Shown here one piece after another: positions 41,201-50,814 of a DNA stretch of 64,000 bases. The stretch's first letter is position 1. Each line of letters opens with the position of its first letter. The stretch is taken from positions 381 through 64,380 of the forward strand of contig CABSYW010000010.1 in assembly GCA_902482035.1 (NCBI GenBank). Reading direction: 5' to 3'. This DNA is from an uncultured Collinsella sp. (GTDB lineage Bacteria > Actinomycetota > Coriobacteriia > Coriobacteriales > Coriobacteriaceae). The position numbers and the translations under genes were made by a program. The notes beneath the pieces were generated by a model. It was given only the letters and a program-made list of their open reading frames with translations, was not told where the DNA came from and searched no databases.

Positions 41201-42677
41201 CGGCCACGATGCGTATCTCACCGACGAGATCGCGCGCATGATGGGCGAGATGGGCTCCAAGGTTCCGATGATGATCAAGCTCGATGAGAGCGACGTCGCC
41301 GGTCCCATGGGCATTCGCGTGCGTTCGTTTATCGAGTCGGTCAACCGTCGTCGCGCGGAGGAGCGTGCCGAGGGCGCCCGGGTGCACGCGGTCCATCCGC
41401 TCGACGACCCGTATAAGGTCAAGTACACCAAGCGCGACCGGCACGACAAGATCGCGCTGGTCCCCAACACCTCCCATGCGTTCTGCAGGCTCATGACCGC
41501 GGCGATGCGCAATCAGGGCGTGCGCGCCGAGGCCCTTGATATCGGGCGCGAGGATGCCATCCGCCTGGGCAAACGCTATGTGCACAACGACATCTGCTTC
41601 CCCGCGCAAATCGTGATCGGCGAGGCGCTCGCGGCACTCGAGAGCGGTAAGTACGACCCGCACGACGTCGCCGTGGTGACTGGCAAGTATATCGGCGACT
41701 GCCGCCTGACGCACTACATGCCCCTGCTGCGCCGCGCGCTCGACGACGCGGGATACGACTATGTCCCGGTGCTCACCAACGACGACGTCGATGCCCACAA
41801 TGCGCATCCGGGCTTCAAGCTCGGCCTTGGCCCGAGCATCCAGATCGCCTACGGTCTTCCCATGATCGATGCCCTCGAGGCCATGCTTAGGCGTATCCGT
41901 CCCTACGAGCTCGAGAAGGGCGCGGCGGACGCTGCGTTCGACCGCGCGCTCGATGAGGTTATCGAGGGCATGGAGCGCTCCGGGCTGAGAGGCCAGGCGA
42001 CGGGCTTCAAACGCGCGCTTGCGATCATGGACGCCGTTCCGTACGACCGCTCGAACCCGCATCCGACCGTTCTCATCGTGGGCGAGTACCTGCTCAATTT
42101 CCATCTCGGCGCCAACCACGAGATCGAGCGCTACCTCGAGGACAACGGGCTCGAGGTCATCGAGGCGCGCATGACCGACGTGATCCGCAAGACCTATTTC
42201 TACAAGCATGCGCAGTCGCGCGAGTTCCACGTCGACCTGTCGCTGCCCGAAAAGGCCTGGTACGCTACGGCGGACAACCTGTTCGAGCTCGCGCACGACC
42301 GTTGCGACCGCCTGGGCGCGGCGAGCCCGCTCTACGAGCCGCCGACGCGCATGCCCGAGCTCGTGCGCGCGAGCGATAAGATCCTGCACCATACGTTCGA
42401 TGCGGGCGAGGGCGTGCTGATTCCGGCGGAGATCCTCGAGCACGCCAAGCGCGGCTGCCGCAACTTCGTGATCCTGCAGCCGTTCGGGTGTCTGCCCAAC
42501 CATGTCGTGGGGCGCGGGCTCATCCATGCGCTCAAGGAGCGGTATCCCACGGCGCAGTTCCTGCCGCTCGACTACGATCCCGACGTGAGCTTCGCCAACG
42601 TGGAGAACCGTCTTCAGATGCTCATCATGAACGCCAAGGCGCAGGGGTGCGGTGAGGCGCATGGCGAGACCGCGTAA
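38238..42677 (+). CDS. Acyl-CoA dehydratase activase-related multidomain protein (2x BadF/BcrAD ATPase + DUF2229 + dehydratase-like)
   Basis: GLDVGSTTTK/IELGGQDAK/MNGSCAGGTG; GIDSGSTTTK/LDIGGQDMK/NEACSAGCG; CRRCNNRC; VCFPAK; SFGCGHD; NDICFPA; QPFGCLPNH. Confidence 0.88.
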   Translation: MALLVGLDVGSTTTKVYAMHEDMTEAWWGYRRHGACQTASVRAMLGELAERFPHESLRVAVTGSGARDIATALGASYVQEVVANALAISRFYPQTRCAIELGGQDAKMIFFRTNDKGDIEVADMRMNGSCAGGTGAFIDEMAKLMGVGTESGEFEQLASRGTTVHEVSGRCGVYAKTDIQPLLNEGIPTTDLALSALHAVARQTIGGLAQGIDIEPPVIFEGGTLAYNPTLVRVFREQLNLSDDQVIVPRDPQIMVARGAALSLTDMFASSQPIDLPDAFVRLDKLETVAPASGEGRLAQPFFATPAEQADFTARHGKETPAKGPDAYAPGETVRVALGIDSGSTTTKFALVDEAGELVDSFYASNNGRPLDVAQQGLVSLKNRWETAGVTLAIDAVGTTGYGEELFARAFHADYHTVETVAHARAACACVPDATFVLDIGGQDMKAIWLNHGVLTDIVVNEACSAGCGSFLEGFAKNLGIAVEDIATEAFSSKAPAVLGSRCTVFMNSSVVSEQRRGKGPGDIMAGLCRSIIENVFTKVIRVSNLNRLGDKVVVQGGTFRNDAVLRAFEQYLGKPVTRAPHPGLMGAIGIALLAREECRKGDAGTSFIGLDAVERFEHREFGGVTCRRCNNRCRRAVVAFGDGSLYVTGNRCPRGGAISWDELVREVPAAEELRPQGACEAQAPGTGRDRTAAAPNLFVDREKLLFESCPTVPVCGGRDVTIGIPRVLEFWDTMPFWSTFFSTLGFKVRVSGRSTKAMYERGLAHVTSDTVCFPAKLVHGHIRNLVDAGVDRIFMPIITTVPTENTASTSEWMCAVVKGYPYVMRNSDNPEERFGVPFDTPLFHWYDEGDRNRQLKAWCKETFDIDADLVAKATEQADRAQQTFENQLQLRGRQVLENVREDGGYAVVIASRPYHNDPLVNHGLPKLFSERGIPVLTPDAVPGVCNVDLSNSRIDIVNNYHARMLSCAVIVASTPELELVQMGSFGCGHDAYLTDEIARMMGEMGSKVPMMIKLDESDVAGPMGIRVRSFIESVNRRRAEERAEGARVHAVHPLDDPYKVKYTKRDRHDKIALVPNTSHAFCRLMTAAMRNQGVRAEALDIGREDAIRLGKRYVHNDICFPAQIVIGEALAALESGKYDPHDVAVVTGKYIGDCRLTHYMPLLRRALDDAGYDYVPVLTNDDVDAHNAHPGFKLGLGPSIQIAYGLPMIDALEAMLRRIRPYELEKGAADAAFDRALDEVIEGMERSGLRGQATGFKRALAIMDAVPYDRSNPHPTVLIVGEYLLNFHLGANHEIERYLEDNGLEVIEARMTDVIRKTYFYKHAQSREFHVDLSLPEKAWYATADNLFELAHDRCDRLGAASPLYEPPTRMPELVRASDKILHHTFDAGEGVLIPAEILEHAKRGCRNFVILQPFGCLPNHVVGRGLIHALKERYPTAQFLPLDYDPDVSFANVENRLQMLIMNAKAQGCGEAHGETA

Positions 42678-43350
42678 GGACGCCGATGCGCCCGATGCGC
42701 GCACCCGTATCATCGAGGCGTTTTGGGAGCTCATCGAGAACAACAGCATCTTCGAGCTGTCGGTTGGCGAGGTGACCCGCGCCGCCCAGTGCAATCGCGG
42801 AACGTTTTACTACTATTTTCACGATTTCGATGAACTCGTCGCCATCGCCATGACCCAGCTGCTGCAGGATAACGAGCTTATCACCGATGCCCTCTGGCAT
42901 TTTTCGAGCGAGGGCGACCTTTCGGCGTTCGACCGGCGCGACGTCCGCTGCCTGCTGCGGCGCATCGTCATCACCATGAGGGCGGGTGCCGCCGAGCAGG
43001 TCGTGCAGGGCATCCATACGATCATCATCGACCGCGTGAGAGAGATCGTCCGCCCCGACGGAGAAGAGCTCAAGGCAGATTCGAGCTTTGCGGTGGGCTT
43101 TCTGGTCTCGGGCATCATGGGCTTTGTGATGGCGGTCGGCTTTGCCCGGGAGGGCGGCGAGGAGATAGACCTCGAGCAGCTGGGGGACAGCGCGTGCGCG
43201 TATCTGAGGGCGGTCGCCATGCAGACGGTGGAAACGGTCGCGCAAGTCGAGGGCGTCGATACATCCGAGCTGCTCGAACGCGTCTCCAAGGAGGCCGATG
43301 CCTATCGCGCATCGCGTGCGACGAGTCCCGACGTGGTGAAAGACGCCTAG
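42661..43350 (+). CDS. TetR/AcrR family transcriptional regulator
   Basis: MARPRK...ARTRIIEAFWELI...SVGEVTRAAQCNRGTFYYYF; overlaps the activase stop. Confidence 0.9.
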   Translation: MARPRKDADAPDARTRIIEAFWELIENNSIFELSVGEVTRAAQCNRGTFYYYFHDFDELVAIAMTQLLQDNELITDALWHFSSEGDLSAFDRRDVRCLLRRIVITMRAGAAEQVVQGIHTIIIDRVREIVRPDGEELKADSSFAVGFLVSGIMGFVMAVGFAREGGEEIDLEQLGDSACAYLRAVAMQTVETVAQVEGVDTSELLERVSKEADAYRASRATSPDVVKDA

Positions 43351-43542
43351 GGTTTCTCTTGCGGGGCGCCTGTCGCGCATCGCGCGGTGAGTCCCGCGAT
43401 GCGGTCATAACCTGCATTCATGTGAGCCGGGTTTATAGATATTCCTCCAGCTGTTAACATAGACGACCTGTGGGTAAAGAGACAAAAGCGCCGCCGACGG
43501 GCGGGCGTTTTGATTTCGATGAACTCATGTAAGGAAACGAGC

Positions 43543-46185
43543 ATGTTAGATAGATTTACCGATCGCGCGCGCAAGGTCATGTCCATGGCCAAACAAGAGG
43601 CGCTCGATCTGCACTCAAATAAGGTGGGCACCGAGCACCTGCTGCTCGCACTCGCCAAGGAGGACGAGGGCATCGCTGCCGAGGCGCTGCGCTCGCTTGA
43701 TATCTCCTACGACGACATCATGGACACCCTCAAGGAGGTCCAGACCACGGTTCCCGAGCCCAGCGAGGAGACCGAGGCTGCCAAGCTTGCCTTTACGCCG
43801 CTCGTCATTAGCGTGATGGAGCGCTCCTTCCGCGTGGCGCGCGAGAACAACCAGACGTATGTGTCGACCGAGCACCTGCTCATCGGCATCGTCGAAGAGG
43901 GCAACGGCATGGCCATGGACATCCTCATGCGTCTGGGTGTGTCGTCTGCTTCCATTAAAAAGGCCATCGAAAAGCTCACCGCCAAGGACCAGGACAAAAA
44001 GCGTCCGCTCGCCGGAGCCGGCGCCGGTCGTCCTGGTGCAGGACTGCCGTTCTTTAGCGGCTCGGATGCCTCTCAGCAAAAGGGGGGCGGCACCGACACG
44101 CTCAAGCAGTTCGCTACCAACCTCACGCAAAAGGCGCGCGACGGCGAGCTCGATCCCGTGATTGGCCGCGAAAAGGAAGTTCAGCGCATGATGGAGATCC
44201 TTTCGCGCCGCACCAAGAACAACCCGCTTATCCTGGGTGACCCCGGCGTGGGCAAGACGGCCATCGTCGAGGGCCTGGCTCAGCAGATTGCAGCCGGCAA
44301 CGTGCCCGAGAACCTCATGAACCAGAATATCTGGACGCTCGACCTGCCGGGCCTCGTGGCGGGTGCCAAGTATCGCGGCGAGTTTGAGGAGCGCCTCAAG
44401 AACGTGATCCAAGAGGCCACCGAAGCCGACGACGTCATCCTGTTTATCGACGAGATGCACACCATTATCGGTGCCGGTTCTGCCGAGGGCTCCATCGACG
44501 CGAGCTCCATGCTCAAGCCCGTGCTCGCGCGCGGCGCCTTCCAGATTATCGGCGCCACCACGGCCGAGGAATTCCGCAAGTACCTCACCAAGGACCCGGC
44601 TTTCGAGCGTCGCTTCCAGACCATCGATGTCGAGGAGCCGAGCGTCGAGGACACGGTCAAGATCCTGACCGCGCTCAAGCCGCGCTACGAGGAGCATCAC
44701 CATGTGCGCTATACGCAGGGTGCTATCGAGGCTGCCGCGAACCTTTCCAACCGCTACATCCAGGATCGCTTCCTGCCCGATAAGGCCATCGACCTCATTG
44801 ACGAGGCCGGTGCCCGCGCTCGCATCGCCGCGAATCGCGCGCCCGAGCCGGTGCGTGAGGCCGAGCATCGCGTGGAGGAGCTTAAGGCCGCCGCGCAGGA
44901 GGCCACCGAGAGCGACGACATGAACAAGGCCGCCGAGATCACCGAGCAGCAGAAGGCCGCCGAGATTGAGCTCGCCGAGGCCAAGGCCGCCTGGACCGCC
45001 GAGCTCGACGCCAGCCCGCTCACCATCGATGTCTCTCAGATCGCCGACATCGTGTCCGTGACTTCGGGCGTGCCGGTGTCCTCGCTTACCGAGAGCGAGA
45101 GCCGTCGCCTGCTGCAAGCCGAAAGCGTGCTCAAGACGCGCATCATCGGTCAGGATGAGGCTGTCGAGGCAGTTGCCAAGGCCGTGCGCCGCAGCCGTTC
45201 GCCGCTCAAGGACCCGCGTCGCCCCGGCGGCAGCTTTATCTTCCTGGGTCCCACCGGCACGGGCAAGACCGAGCTCGCCAAGACGCTCGCCGAGTACCTC
45301 TTTGGCAGCAAGGACGCGCTCATCAGCTTCGACATGTCGGAGTTCGGCAGCGAGTTCGAGGTCTCCAAGCTCATCGGTAGCCCTCCGGGTTACGTGGGCC
45401 ACGACGAGGGCGGTCAGCTCACCAAGGCCGTTCGCCGTCATCCGTACTCGGTCGTGCTGTTCGACGAGATCGAGAAGGCGCACCCCGACATCTTCAACAT
45501 TTTGTTGCAGGTGCTGGAGGAGGGCCGCCTGACCGATAGCCAGGGCAAGACGGTCGACTTCCGCAATACCGTGATCATCATGACGTCCAACGTGGGCGCC
45601 CGCGAGATCGCGCAGGATGCGAGCGTCGGTTTTGGCACCACCGGTGAGCAGGGTCTCACGTCGAGCGAGATCCGCGGCCGTGCGATGAGCGAGCTCAAGC
45701 GCCTGTTCCGCCCCGAGCTGCTCAATCGTATCGACGATATTGTGGTGTTCCAGAAGCTCTCGGGCGAGAATCTCACCAAGATTGCGCACCTGCTGGTGGA
45801 CGATCTGCGCCAGCGCCTGATCGCAAACGGCATGAACATCAAGCTTACCGATGCGGCCTACGACAAGATTGTGGCGGAGGGTACCGACCTCACCAACGGC
45901 GCGCGTCCGCTGCGTCGTGCCATCCAAAAGCTCATCGAGGATCCGCTGTCCGAGGAACTGCTGGCTGGCGAGTGGGGCGAGGGCGATACCGTCCTGTGCG
46001 ACGTGGCCGACGGCAAGTTTGTCTTTAGCCACGGCACGGGTGAGATCCCGGCGCCGCGTCCGGCGGGTGCGCTCGGGGGCGATACCGCTCCGGCGGCGCC
46101 GCACACCGGAAACGCCGCGCCTGTGAGCAGCGGCGTGAGCTCGGGCCCCGGTGGCATGATGCAAGCCGGCTCTGGCGCGCTGTAG
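43543..46185 (+). CDS. clpC: ATP-dependent Clp protease ATPase subunit ClpC
   Basis: Clp-N repeats (TEHLL), [38 protein letters not shown]. Confidence 0.93.
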   Translation: MLDRFTDRARKVMSMAKQEALDLHSNKVGTEHLLLALAKEDEGIAAEALRSLDISYDDIMDTLKEVQTTVPEPSEETEAAKLAFTPLVISVMERSFRVARENNQTYVSTEHLLIGIVEEGNGMAMDILMRLGVSSASIKKAIEKLTAKDQDKKRPLAGAGAGRPGAGLPFFSGSDASQQKGGGTDTLKQFATNLTQKARDGELDPVIGREKEVQRMMEILSRRTKNNPLILGDPGVGKTAIVEGLAQQIAAGNVPENLMNQNIWTLDLPGLVAGAKYRGEFEERLKNVIQEATEADDVILFIDEMHTIIGAGSAEGSIDASSMLKPVLARGAFQIIGATTAEEFRKYLTKDPAFERRFQTIDVEEPSVEDTVKILTALKPRYEEHHHVRYTQGAIEAAANLSNRYIQDRFLPDKAIDLIDEAGARARIAANRAPEPVREAEHRVEELKAAAQEATESDDMNKAAEITEQQKAAEIELAEAKAAWTAELDASPLTIDVSQIADIVSVTSGVPVSSLTESESRRLLQAESVLKTRIIGQDEAVEAVAKAVRRSRSPLKDPRRPGGSFIFLGPTGTGKTELAKTLAEYLFGSKDALISFDMSEFGSEFEVSKLIGSPPGYVGHDEGGQLTKAVRRHPYSVVLFDEIEKAHPDIFNILLQVLEEGRLTDSQGKTVDFRNTVIIMTSNVGAREIAQDASVGFGTTGEQGLTSSEIRGRAMSELKRLFRPELLNRIDDIVVFQKLSGENLTKIAHLLVDDLRQRLIANGMNIKLTDAAYDKIVAEGTDLTNGARPLRRAIQKLIEDPLSEELLAGEWGEGDTVLCDVADGKFVFSHGTGEIPAPRPAGALGGDTAPAAPHTGNAAPVSSGVSSGPGGMMQAGSGAL

Positions 46186-46399
46186 GGCGTGGCGACAATT
46201 TGATACGCGCAATCGAGGCGCTCCGGAAAGGGTGCCTCGATTTGTAGAGCTGCGGAAGTTGTGACCGTTACGCTATACGGTCCACCGTTAGCCGATGATG
46301 CGAGGGCGCTCGGCGTTTTCGACTGGTTTATGCACGCAAAGTCTGGGAATATACAAGTCGCATGTCTTACTGTCTAACCAGTTGCGCCAAGGAGGCACC

Positions 46400-47857
46400 A
46401 TGGACTACAAGATTACCGGCTACGAGCCCGCCCAGCTGTTCCATTTCTTTGAGGAGGTCAGCGCGATCCCCCGTGGGTCTGGCAACGAGAAAGGCATCAG
46501 CGATTTCCTGGTCGCGTTTGCCAAGGAGCGCGGTCTCGATGTGTATCAGGACGAGGTCTACAACGTCATCATTCGCAAGCCCGCATCTGCCGGCGCCGAG
46601 AATGCCCCGACCGTAATGCTGCAGGGCCACATCGATATGGTGTGCGACAAGTTGGGCTCCGTTGAGCACGACTTTACGACCGATGGTATCGACCTGGTCG
46701 TCAAGGACGGCGTCCTCACCGCTAACGGCACCACTCTGGGCGCCGACAACGGTATCGCCGTCGCGCTTATGCTTACCGTGCTCAACGACGATTCGATTGC
46801 CCATCCGGCCCTCGAGTGCGTGTTCACCACCGACGAGGAGACTGGCCTGGTTGGCGCCGAGACGCTCGACAAGTCCCAGATTAGCGCCCGCACCATGATT
46901 AACCTTGACTCCGAGGAAGAGGGCGTTGCCACCGTCAGCTGCGCCGGCGGCGTCGTCGTTACCTACACCTGCCCGATCGCGCGCGAGCACAAGACCGGTA
47001 GCACCCTCACGCTCGACATCTCCGGCCTGCTGGGCGGCCACTCCGGCAGCGATATCCACCTGGAGCGCGGCAACGGCAACCTCATCATGGCCCGCATCAT
47101 CGACCGCCTGATGGTCGCCGGCGAGCCCGCCATCGTTAGCTTTAACGGCGGCACCAAGGACAACGCCATCAACCGTGAGTGCAAAGCTGTTCTGGTCTAC
47201 GCCGACCACGCTGCCGCCGAGGCCGCGGCCCAGATCGCAAAGGGCATCATCGCCGACGTTACTGCCGAGCTCGAGGTCTTTGACCCCGGCTTTACCTGCA
47301 CCGTCGAGATTGCCGACGACGCCGAGGTTGAGGCCATGGACGAGAAGTCCGCGCTTGCCCTCATCCGTGCCCTGCGTCTTGCCCCTAACGGCGTGATTCG
47401 CCGCAACGTCGCCACCGACGGCTCCGTCGAGGTTTCCTCCAACATCGGTGTGGTTGCCACCTCTGACGACCAGGTCAAGATCATGCTGTCCCCGCGCTCC
47501 TCGATCACCTCGCTGCAGAACGAGTTCAAGGACCGCCTGCAGACGCTTGCCGATGTCCTGGGCTTCGACGCCAAGTTTGAGTTCGAGTATCCCGGCTGGA
47601 GCTATGCCGAGCATTCGCCGGTCCGCGACATCTTTGTCGAGAGCTATCGCGAGCTCTTTGGCTCCGAGCTGCGCATCGAGTCCATTCACGCCGGCCTTGA
47701 GTGCGGCCTGTTTGCCGAGGCCCTGCACGGCCTGGACGCCATCGCCGTGGGTCCGACGCTCTCCGATGTCCACACCCCGGACGAGAGCATGGAGCTCGCT
47801 TCTGCCGAGCGCTTCTACGAGCTGCTCATCGACGTGCTCAAGCGCCTCGCTGCGTAA
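46400..47857 (+). CDS. pepD: Aminoacyl-histidine dipeptidase (M20C)
   Basis: LQGHIDMV, TTLGADNGI, DEETG, GGHSG, HAGLECG. Confidence 0.92.
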   Translation: MDYKITGYEPAQLFHFFEEVSAIPRGSGNEKGISDFLVAFAKERGLDVYQDEVYNVIIRKPASAGAENAPTVMLQGHIDMVCDKLGSVEHDFTTDGIDLVVKDGVLTANGTTLGADNGIAVALMLTVLNDDSIAHPALECVFTTDEETGLVGAETLDKSQISARTMINLDSEEEGVATVSCAGGVVVTYTCPIAREHKTGSTLTLDISGLLGGHSGSDIHLERGNGNLIMARIIDRLMVAGEPAIVSFNGGTKDNAINRECKAVLVYADHAAAEAAAQIAKGIIADVTAELEVFDPGFTCTVEIADDAEVEAMDEKSALALIRALRLAPNGVIRRNVATDGSVEVSSNIGVVATSDDQVKIMLSPRSSITSLQNEFKDRLQTLADVLGFDAKFEFEYPGWSYAEHSPVRDIFVESYRELFGSELRIESIHAGLECGLFAEALHGLDAIAVGPTLSDVHTPDESMELASAERFYELLIDVLKRLAA

Positions 47858-47913
47858 AGGTTGCGCTAGCAGCAGTCCGAGCCACGTGCTAGCGGATTGC
47901 AAATGACATTACG

Positions 47914-47960
47914 AGAGGGGGCACCCGAGCTTTTGCGACGGGTGCCCCCTCTCTTCTTTT
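47914..47960. terminator. Probable bidirectional terminator
   Basis: AGAGGGGGCACCCG...CGGGTGCCCCCTCT followed by CTTCTTTT, between convergent genes. Confidence 0.7.
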
Positions 47961-47983
47961 GGGAAATGGGAGATTACGGACAC

Positions 47984-49286
47984 CTAGCCCATATCCGCCT
48001 TGATGAGGTCGAGGGTGCGCTGACAGTTTTCGCAGACGGGGCCGAGCATATGCTCGCGCAGGTCCGCCATGCCGGGCAGGTCGGCGTATTCGTCCATGAC
48101 CTCTTCCATGCAAATGGGCACCTCGTAGGCGAGGTCCATCATGGTCGCAAAGCAAAACTTCTCGGATAGCCCGGCATCGGTGAGCGTCGCCTCCAGCGCG
48201 GGGTCTCCCATACCGTGGTGTCGGCGGATAGCACCTGGACCGATGCGCCCCACACGATTTTCGCCGCCAACGCTCATGGCAAGGCGCGCCCGGCGGCGCA
48301 TGCGCTCGTATGCCAGCCCCGATGCGACATCGTACATTCGAGCCATCATGGCTGCGCCGTCGTTTCCAAGGAGCAGGGAATAGTTTTTCGCATGCGCATC
48401 CGGTGCGCCGATAATGGCGTTGAAGAACAGTATCTGCGTAAACAGATACAGGTTAAGTTGATGGTGGCTCGTATTTACGAGGAGCTCTTGAATGTCGCGT
48501 GTGGTCGGGCCGCCGTCTGCCGTGTACTTTTGGGCGGGCATCACCCCAAGTGCCTGACAGAAGTCTTCTTGATGTAGGCGCCTGATCGTTCCGTCTTTGA
48601 CTTTCACGCGGTCATAGCGCTCAACAATGAGGGCAGGTTCGTCCTCAAACATACGATATTCGACGTTTGCCGTTGCGATGCCGGCGCGCTGGGCGCTTTT
48701 CATGCAGACAAACTCATTGAGAGCCTCGAGTTTAAAACCGATAACGCCATTTTTGAAAATATGCGTCGTGGGCGAGGACCCCATGCATTCGCACCAGCGA
48801 CCGTCCATGAGTGCGAGAGCGAACTTGCCCTGATTGCCTCCAAGTGACCAACTTTTCTAGACCCATCCACGATGCATCGCGGTCATCTCTGATCGACTTG
48901 AGACGGAGGGCAATATCGTGGTCGTCTATAGGGCGGTATTCGCCGTCGCGATGCAGGACGGCGTCGACGTCTTCTTCGACACAAAACTGTACTCCGCCCG
49001 GACAGTCGAGTCCGATATGGCTGAGCAGCGCAACGGGATTGTTGGGCCTGGTGTCGAATTCGACGGCGATCGCTTTTCGCTGGTCCTCGCTGTCAGGCAG
49101 AAGACCAAACAAGTACGGATTCATGACCTGTTGGCCGTATATGCGATTTGATACGGGTATGTTTGTCGATAGGGCTGGCCCGTCATAGTCATGATCGTAG
49201 GCAAAGTTGACAAGACCGTTCTCATCTTGCGTGAGCGTTCCCGCAGGTACGCCGCAAATAATGGTCCGAAGCGTTTTGCTGGCCAT
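47984..49286 (-). pseudogene. hipA: HipA family toxin kinase, frameshifted near 48855
   Basis: N-terminal couple_hipA part (GLLPD, LLSHIGLDCPGGVQF) and C-terminal kinase (SLGGNQGKFAL, TTHIFK, LHQEDFCQALG, DAHAKNYS, YD) are in different frames. Confidence 0.85.
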
Positions 49287-49289
49287 TGG

Positions 49290-49760
49290 CTACCTCCCTT
49301 TGGGCCTTGTTTGGGCAGATGGGTTTGTGGCAATCGAGACTCCGAGATTGGACATGGCGAAATCGGCGAAGGCCTTGTCGTAGAGCTCGGACGTAAAGGG
49401 GACATCTGCGAGAGCCGGAATGGCTGCGCTGCGACGGTTGCGATGGTGAAAACGTTGAGCGTGATGGCGCCTGGGGGTGCTATGAGGTTGCAAATCAGCA
49501 TGCGGGGCGTCGACTGGTTGCTCGTTTTTCGATTCGTCGATATCCCCTTGAGCGGCGAGCACCAGTCCAAGAGCACCGAAAACCGCCAACAGCTTGTCGA
49601 GCCGAATGCCCGTGGCATCTCCCAGCTCGAGCGATGCGAGCAGGCGTTCCGAAACACCGGCCTTTTTAGCGAGGGCGGCACGGGTGAGACCCTGAGTCTC
49701 GCGTGCCTGGCGCACGTAGATGCCAGCTTGGCGCGGTGTGGTGATGGGAAGGGTATCCAC
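49290..49760 (-). CDS. hipB: HipB-like XRE antitoxin
   Basis: VRQARETQGLTRAALAKKAGVSERLLASLELG HTH; 3 nt upstream of hipA. Confidence 0.8.
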   Translation of the reverse strand: MDTLPITTPRQAGIYVRQARETQGLTRAALAKKAGVSERLLASLELGDATGIRLDKLLAVFGALGLVLAAQGDIDESKNEQPVDAPHADLQPHSTPRRHHAQRFHHRNRRSAAIPALADVPFTSELYDKAFADFAMSNLGVSIATNPSAQTRPKGR

Positions 49761-49774
49761 GGCGATCTCCTAAC

Positions 49775-49844
49775 GTGCAGACTTTTGCATCCTAGTATGA
49801 CATGCAAAAGTCTGCATGAAAAGGCCTCATGCAAAACTCTGCAT
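49775..49844. promoter_or_regulatory. Three HipB-type operators at 27-bp pitch
   Basis: GTGCAGACTTTTGCAT (49775), ATGCAAAAGTCTGCAT (49802), ATGCAAAACTCTGCAT (49829). Confidence 0.75.
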
Positions 49845-49888
49845 GAGGCCTTGTACTGGCGTTTAGTTTTGAGCGATTGTGTTTGGCA

Positions 49889-50467
49889 CTACAGCGCCAA
49901 AATCCCCAAATGCTCAAGCAAGATCTTAAGCCCGATGAGGACGAGTACGACGCCACCCACGATGGTGGCGGGCTTTTCGTAGCGCGCGCCAAAGGTGTGG
50001 CCGATCGCTACGCCGGCAACGGAGAAGACAAAGGTCGTGATGCCAATGAGCGACACGGCGGGAACGATATCGACCGAGAGCGCGGCAAACGAGATGCCCA
50101 CGGCAAGCGCGTCAATCGAGGTGGCGATGGCAAGGATTAGATATTCGCCCAGGTCGATCTTTTCGGCATCCTTGCCGTCGCCTTCGTTCTCGTCCTCAGT
50201 AAAGGCTTCCCACAGCATCTTGCCGCCGATAAAGGCGAGCAGGATAAAGGCGATCCAATGGTCGATGGGTCCGATGATGCTCATGAATTGACTGCCGAGC
50301 GCCCATCCGATTACGGGCATGCCGGCCTGGAAGCCGCCAAAGAACAGGCCGAGCACTACGGCGACCTTAAGGTTGATCTTCTTCATGCCAAGGCCCTTGC
50401 AGATGGATACGGCAAAGGCGTCCATCGAAAGGCCGATAGCGAGCAATACGAGCTCTGCGAGTCCCAT
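49889..50467 (-). CDS. mntP: Manganese efflux pump MntP
   Basis: LAIGLSMDAFAVSI, DHWIAF, AIATSIDALAVG. Confidence 0.93.
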   Translation of the reverse strand: MGLAELVLLAIGLSMDAFAVSICKGLGMKKINLKVAVVLGLFFGGFQAGMPVIGWALGSQFMSIIGPIDHWIAFILLAFIGGKMLWEAFTEDENEGDGKDAEKIDLGEYLILAIATSIDALAVGISFAALSVDIVPAVSLIGITTFVFSVAGVAIGHTFGARYEKPATIVGGVVLVLIGLKILLEHLGILAL

Positions 50468-50554
50468 AGTCTGGCTCCCTCTCTGCGGGCGGGCCCGCGT
50501 GTACCTCTTGGGGGAGTAACAAAAAAGACCCGTGGCGTACGCGTTGTGCGCACA

Positions 50555-50660
50555 GCCACGAGTCTCGTTCATTAAGGCAAGCCAGACCGCATCGGCCAGT
50601 ATGTTGACTTGCCGCGCCACCGGAGGCGAACCCGGTCACGCGACTACTCCCTCATTTATG
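50555..50660 (-). ncRNA. yybP-ykoY manganese riboswitch
   Basis: Minus strand ATGAGGGAGTAGTCGC...GTCAACATAC...AACGAGACTCGT, followed by a hairpin and T-run, upstream of mntP. Confidence 0.85.
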
Positions 50661-50814
50661 CGAATCCCGATGCTACCACATAAGCAGCTCATTTGGATTG
50701 GGGCTCTCAGCTGTGTTCGCTCATTCTGTAAGCATCGGATTTTGCGGGCGTCACAGGGGCAAACCGTGAGAAACTTATTGACGTTTATGGAGCGTATACG
50801 ATGGGAGCGATGCC

